Shown here in pieces: positions 58,869 to 64,000 of a stretch of 64,000 bases of DNA. The position numbers and the translations under genes were made by a program. Below the pieces are notes generated by a model. It made no database searches and had not been told where the DNA came from. It was given only the letters and a program-made list of their open reading frames with translations. The stretch comes from Octopus sinensis (lineage: Eukaryota), in assembly GCF_006345805.1 (NCBI RefSeq), contig NC_043020.1, positions 10,292,001 through 10,356,000 on the forward strand, read 5' to 3'. Positions within the stretch are counted from its first letter, which is position 1, and each line of letters opens with the position of its first letter.

Positions 58869-59042
58869 AGATCTGTTAGGTGCCTGTAAAATCTGGCAGG
58901 ACATTTTGGTAGAGACACCTTTAGATATTTTGGCTTTGAAACTGTCACAGTTTGCTAACTATTATCTTGGGAAAACTCCTCAACTTCTCCACCCTGTTGG
59001 TAGTGTCCTCTGTCATTGGACTCCATCTGTTCCCAACCATGG
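58869..59042 (+). CDS. TTC38: TTC38 homolog, exon 5 (DLLGACKIWQDILVETPLDILALK...HWTPSVPNHG)
   Basis: Acceptor TTTTCAG, donor GTAAGA, 174 nt, frame continuous. Aligns to recalled [25 protein letters not shown]...FWTPDIPLS. Confidence 0.95.
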
Positions 59043-59467
59043 GTAAGACTTATTTTCTTCTATATATGTATGTATTTTTCTTTGAGTTTTATTCTATATC
59101 TACCCTAATTGCACCAAATCCAGAACTACTTACTTCCCTAACACATAATCTTTTTACTCAGGGACTAGTAGACCTGATACCGTTCAGTAATCGGTGTGCA
59201 TTCAAAGCAATGATTAGTAATTTTACAAAACCGGTATGCTTTTGAATCTCTTTAACAATTCACAATAATGACTTTCATTACTTTTATTCCTACCTCAGTT
59301 CATCTAACTGTATATATCTACCGTTACTTTTCATAAAATGCCTTTGCTTTTAAGCCAGTCACTAACAAAGTGACAAGACATTTTGAGTTAAGAGATTTCC
59401 TGGTATTCGTAAATATGCAGTTGAGTTGGTGTGTTGGTTGAGCTGTTGGTGCATGTGCCTAGCGGTA

Positions 59468-60052
59468 TGCATCATCATCATCATCATCATCATCATTTAG
59501 CGTCCGTTTTCCATGCTAGCATGGGTTGGACGGTTCAACTGGGGTCTGTGAAGCAAGAAGGCTGCATCAGGCCCAGTCTGATCTGGCAGTGTTTCTATGG
59601 CTGGATGCCCTTCCTAATGCCAACCACTCCAGGTGAGGCTGGCAACGGACACGAGCGGATGGTGCTTTTACGTGCCACCGTCACGGGGGCCAGGCGAGGC
59701 TGGCAACGGACATGAACGGATGGTGCTTTTTACGTGCCACCGGCACGAGGCCAGTCGGGGCAGCGCTGGCAACGGTCACGAACAGATAGTTCTCTTACGT
59801 GCCACCGGCACTGGTAACTCAGCTGCAATTTCCATTGATCGATTTCGATTCTGATCCTCACTTGCCTCAACAGGTCTTCACAAGTAGAGTTTTGTGTCCC
59901 AAGAAGGGAAGGTATGTAGAAGGCCACGGGTTATGGTCTCACTTGTCCTGCCGGGTCTTCTCATGCACAGCATACTTCCAGAGGTCTCGGTCTCTAGTCA
60001 TTTCCTCAGTGAGACCTAAAGTTCGAAGGTCGTGCTTCTATCCACCAAAAGA
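59468..60052 (-). mobile_element. Family D copy reaching the RTE ORF2 C-terminus
   Basis: Minus translation KHDLRTLGLTEEMTRDRDLWKYAVHEKTRQDK* at ~59940-60050, followed by the D 3'UTR. Confidence 0.8.
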
Positions 60053-60225
60053 ATCTCAGATGGAGAATCTTTGGAATGTCTTACAAATCTTCACTGTGCT
60101 ACTGATAGAGTGGATTTTGAGAATCCACATCAGTTTCTTTTGATCTTTCTCTGTGAAACCAAGTATTTCTAGGTTTTTGTGTGTGTGTGTATGTGTCTGT
60201 GTCTGTGTATACATACACATCTATC

Positions 60226-60290
<65 letters not shown>

Positions 60291-60354
60291 CTTATCTATC
60301 TCTCTATGTATACCTATATATCTATGTCTCTGTCTGTCTGTCTAAGTGGCATTT

Positions 60355-60510
60355 TGGCCGTGTGAGTTCAAATTCCTCCAAGGTCAACTTTGCCTTTCAT
60401 CCTTTTGGAGTTAACATAATAAGTACCAACTGAATCCTGGGGTTGATGTAATTGATTTGTCCCTTCCCCAGAAATTGCTGGCCTTGTGCCAAGATTTGAA
60501 ACCATTATCT
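60355..60510 (+). mobile_element. Old SINE-C with a third tail (GGCCTTGTGCCAAGATTTGAAACC)
   Basis: B box and GCCTTTCATCCTTT domain, diverged. Confidence 0.6.
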
Positions 60511-60574
60511 ATCTATGCTCATTGGAATTGTTGACTTTTTACCCTCTATTTACAAATGTGTTTATGAATGTGTG

Positions 60575-60840
60575 TGTGTGTGTATGTGTGTGTGTTTGTG
60601 TGTGTGTGTGTCGTATATATGTATATATATATATGTATGTGTGTCTGTGTTTGTCCCATCCAACATCACTTGACAACCGATGCTGGTGTGTTTACGTCCC
60701 TGTCACTTAGCAGTTCGGCAAAAGAGACCGATAGAATAAGTACTGGGCTTACAAAGAATAAGTCCCGGGGTCGATTTGCTCGACTAAAGGCGGTGCTCCA
60801 GCATGGCCGCAGTCAAATGACTGAAACAAGTAAAAAAAGA
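60575..60840 (+). mobile_element. SINE-B 3' half
   Basis: Family consensus. Confidence 0.8.
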
Positions 60841-60916
60841 AATATGTATATATAGAAAGGAGAGATATATAACTACTATATATCTCTCTCTTGATTTCTC
60901 TCTCTTGCTCTCTTTT

Positions 60917-60960
<44 letters not shown>

Positions 60961-61059
60961 CCAGCATGGCCATAGTCCAATGGCTGAAACAAGTAAAAGA
61001 TAAAAGCAAGATATATCCATACACATGTTTATATATTTGTTTGAAATATGCTTTCCTAG

Positions 61060-61135
61060 TTATGTCCATAGTATGATGGCATTTGGACTTGAAGAAAACA
61101 ATATGTATGAAGAAGCCGTGAAAGAAGCTGACCAG
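61060..61135 (+). CDS. TTC38: TTC38 homolog, exon 6 (YVHSMMAFGLEENNMYEEAVKEADQ)
   Basis: Acceptor TTTCCTAG, donor CAG|GTAACA, 76 nt. Carries the AFGLEE motif typical of TTC38. Confidence 0.95.
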
Positions 61136-61174
61136 GTAACATATTTCTGTCTGTTTGCACACCTGTGTATCTGT

Positions 61175-61397
61175 AGTCTGTGAGTCTGTGAGTCTGCGAG
61201 TCTGCGAGTCTGTGAGTCTGCGAGTCTGCGAATCTGTGAGTCTGCGAGTCTGTGAATCTGTGAGTCTGCGAGTCTGCGAGTCTGCGAGTCTGTGAGTCTG
61301 TGAATCTGTGAGTCTGCGAGTCTGCGAGTCTGCGAGTCTGCGAGTCTGTGAATCTGCGAGTCTGTGAGTCTGCGAGTCTGCGAGTCTGCGAGTCTGT
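61175..61397. repeat. 8-bp tandem repeat (GAGTCTGY)n
   Basis: About 27 units starting 40 nt after the exon 6 donor. Confidence 0.95.
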
Positions 61398-61675
61398 AGT
61401 GCATGAAACTGTAGTCATTCGTCTGTCATCTGGCTGCCTGCATGTTTGTGTGTCTGTCTTGTCCTTTATTTCTTTTGCCCATTTTCTCTTATATTCATTT
61501 CTAATTTACACTCACACACACACACATGGACACACTACCACTCACACAGTTGGGTATGAGACGTTTTGGCACAGCTGAACCGGCGCCACTTCTTTGGCGC
61601 TGCTGATTCCACACTCATTTCACATTAGACATTTTAATTTTTCTCTCGTTCTTTCTCTCTCCTCCACATTCTCTC

Positions 61676-62580
61676 TTCTCTCTCTCTCTCTCTCTCTCTC
61701 TCATTGTTACTCTTTCATTCTCTCTTTTACTCTCATTCTCTCTCTCCCTCTCTCTCTCTCTCATTGTTACTCTTTCATTCTCTCTTTTACTCATTCTCTC
61801 TCTCTCATTTTTACTCTTTCATTCTCTCTTTTACTCTCTCTCTCTCATTGTTACTCTTTCATTCTCTCTTTTACTCTCATTCTCTCTCTCCCTCTCTCTC
61901 TCTCTCTCATTTTTACTCTTTCCTTCTCTCTTTTACTCTCTCTCTCTCTCTCTCTCATTGTTACTCTTTCATTCTCTCTTTTACTCTCATTCTCTCTCTC
62001 TCCCTCTCTCTCTCTCATTTTTACTCTTTCATTCTCTCTTTTACTCTCATTCTCTCTCTCCCCCTCTCTCTCCTCATTGTTACTCTTCATTCTCTCTTTT
62101 ACTCATTCTCTCTCTCCCTCTCTCTCTCTCTCATTGTTACTCTTTCATTCTCTCTTTTACTCTCATTCTCTCTCTCTCATTTTTACTCTTTCATTCTCTC
62201 TTTTACTCTCTCTCTCTCATTGTTACTCTTTCATTCTCTCTTTTACTCTCATTCTCTCTCTCCCTCTCTCTCTCTCTCTCATTTTTACTCTTTCCTTCTC
62301 TCTTTTACTCTCTCTCTCTCTCTCTCTCATTGTTACTCTTTCATTCTCTCTTTTACTCTCATTCTCTCTCTCTCCCTCTCTCTCTCTCTCATTTTTACTC
62401 TTTCATTCTCTCTTTTACTCTCATTCTCTCTCTCCCCCTCTCTCTCCTCATTGTTACTCTTTCATTCTCTCTTTTACTCTCATTCTCTCTCTCTCTCCCT
62501 CTATCTCTCTCATTGTTACTCTTTCATTCTCTCTTTTACTCTCATTCTCTCTCTTTCTCCCTCTCTCTCTCTCCCTCTCT
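61676..62580. repeat. Pyrimidine-rich minisatellite, ~45-55-bp unit (CT)nCATTGTTACTCTTTCATTCTCTCTTTTACT
   Basis: Direct reading. Confidence 0.95.
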
Positions 62581-63032
62581 TTGTTTATATGTGATCATCT
62601 AGTTATGTTTGTATGTCTCTCTCAACTCACCATGGCTGTAGTGGAAAGCATAGCCTAGTGCCCCACGTTGAGACTGAACCCACAACCATGTGAATCGGAA
62701 GGGAAGCAAACTTCGTATCACACAATCATGTCTTTCCCTTATATATATACATATAGCAATATGAAATGAAGTGTTTTGCACAGCTGATCTGGGATTTGAA
62801 ACCATGATCTCAAGATCACGAGTGCAACATGACTAACCACTAGGTCATGTGCCTCCACAAACCTGGGCTAGTTGAATTCATTAGCTTTTTATATTCTGGA
62901 GTGTTTTTCTAGAAGGTTAGACCTGACATTTTGGTAGGGAAATTTTCACACATTATTTGAAGTTCACCATGTCAGCCAGTTGTGAGTTAGCCAATATCAG
63001 TTGTTCAAGCCATGCTCAGGTAGGCATTTATA

Positions 63033-63435
63033 TCTTTATTATTTTATTCTTTTACTTGTTTCAGTCATTTGACTGTGGCCATGCTGGAGCACCGCCTTTT
63101 TAGTCAAGCAAATCGCCCCAGGACTTATTCTTTGTAAGCCTAGTACTTATTCTATCGGTCTCTTTTGCCGAACCGCTAAGTTACAGGGACATAAACACAC
63201 CAGCACCAGTTGTCAAACAATGTTGGGGGGACAAACACAGACACACAAACATATACACACATATATATATACGACGGGCTTCTTTCAGTTTCCGTCTACC
63301 AAATCCACTCACAAGGCTTTGGTCGACTTGGGGCTACGGTAGAAGACACTTGCCCAAGGTGCCACACAGTGGAACTGAACCTGGAACCATGTGGTTGGTA
63401 AGCAAGCTACTTACCACATAGCCACTTTTGCGCCT
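63033..63435 (-). mobile_element. SINE-B
   Basis: Family consensus, ending ~35 nt before the exon 7 acceptor. Confidence 0.9.
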
Positions 63436-63470
63436 ATTGATTTCTTTTCTTATTGACTTTTTTTTTTCAG

Positions 63471-63590
63471 TCTCTTGCTATCAACAAAATTGATATTTGG
63501 GCAAGCCATGCCAAAGGTCATGTCTGGGAAATGCAAGGAGAATTTGAAAAAGGAATTGATTATTTTGACAAAACCGAAAAGGATTGGTCA
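63471..63590 (+). CDS. TTC38: TTC38 homolog, exon 7 (SLAINKIDIWASHAKGHVWEMQGEFEKGIDYFDKTEKDWS)
   Basis: Acceptor T-tract CAG, donor GTAAGT, 120 nt. W..HA..HV.EM motif. The gene continues beyond the window. Confidence 0.95.
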
Positions 63591-63728
63591 GTAAGTAATT
63601 TTTTTGTTGTTGTTGTTGCTGTTTAGCCCTTGGTCAAACCTGATCAGGCAGTCTGGAGGTGTTCACACCAATACTGTCCAGTCTTTTTAGTGATATCTAG
63701 AACTAAGTTAACCAGTGTGCCCTTTATA

Positions 63729-64000
63729 TTGGGTTGTCCGGAAAGTTCATGCCAATTTTTAAAGGAAAGAATAAGATCAAAAATACTTGCCATTACATTT
63801 TTAATCAACCAAATATGAACCATTTTGTTGCACAATGCGTCTTCATCTTTCCTTTAACTTGAAAATACCCTCTTCCCAGAATTGAGGTGGCTTCATGGTA
63901 AAGAATTCATCAAGGTATATTTTTATGTCATCCAAGGAATTGAAATTTTTACCATTAAGACTATTCTGCAGAGACTTGAATAAGTGGAAATCCGAAGGAG
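63729..64000 (-). mobile_element. mariner element 3' end (transposase C-terminus and TIR)
   Basis: Minus translation PSDFHLFKSLQNSLNGKNFNSLDDIK..LDEFF..KP..FWEEGI.KL.ER. TIR TTGGGTTGTCCGGAAAG after TA. Confidence 0.88.

Overview
AT-rich, microsatellite-rich eukaryotic DNA. The repeat families look like those of octopus (coleoid cephalopod); this is recognition, not a database result. One host gene is supported: the first 7 coding exons of a TTC38 homolog on + (44373-63590, continuing past the window). The rest is a dense transposon landscape: several tRNA-derived SINE families (called A, B, C, E/F here, with swapped heads and tails), Helitrons, Merlin-like MITEs with 8-9 bp TSDs, mariner/Tc1 remnants, RTE and CR1 LINE fragments, Penelope-type terminal repeats carrying hammerhead ribozyme motifs, foldback hairpins and long satellites. 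Top leads: (1) an ORF1-only (Gag-like, CCHC) retroelement at 33259-34885 whose last 27 nt match the SINE-C tail, sitting between the two ends of a Helitron; (2) SINE-C inserting at GGTAT, a motif in its own head, which builds self-nested arrays; (3) a hammerhead-like fold with a crossed strand order at 30687-30747; (4) an RTE with three C-terminal C2H2 fingers; (5) CR1 3'-end tandem arrays with an identical junction at two loci. Repeat boundaries were read by eye and are approximate unless a TSD or TIR is quoted.
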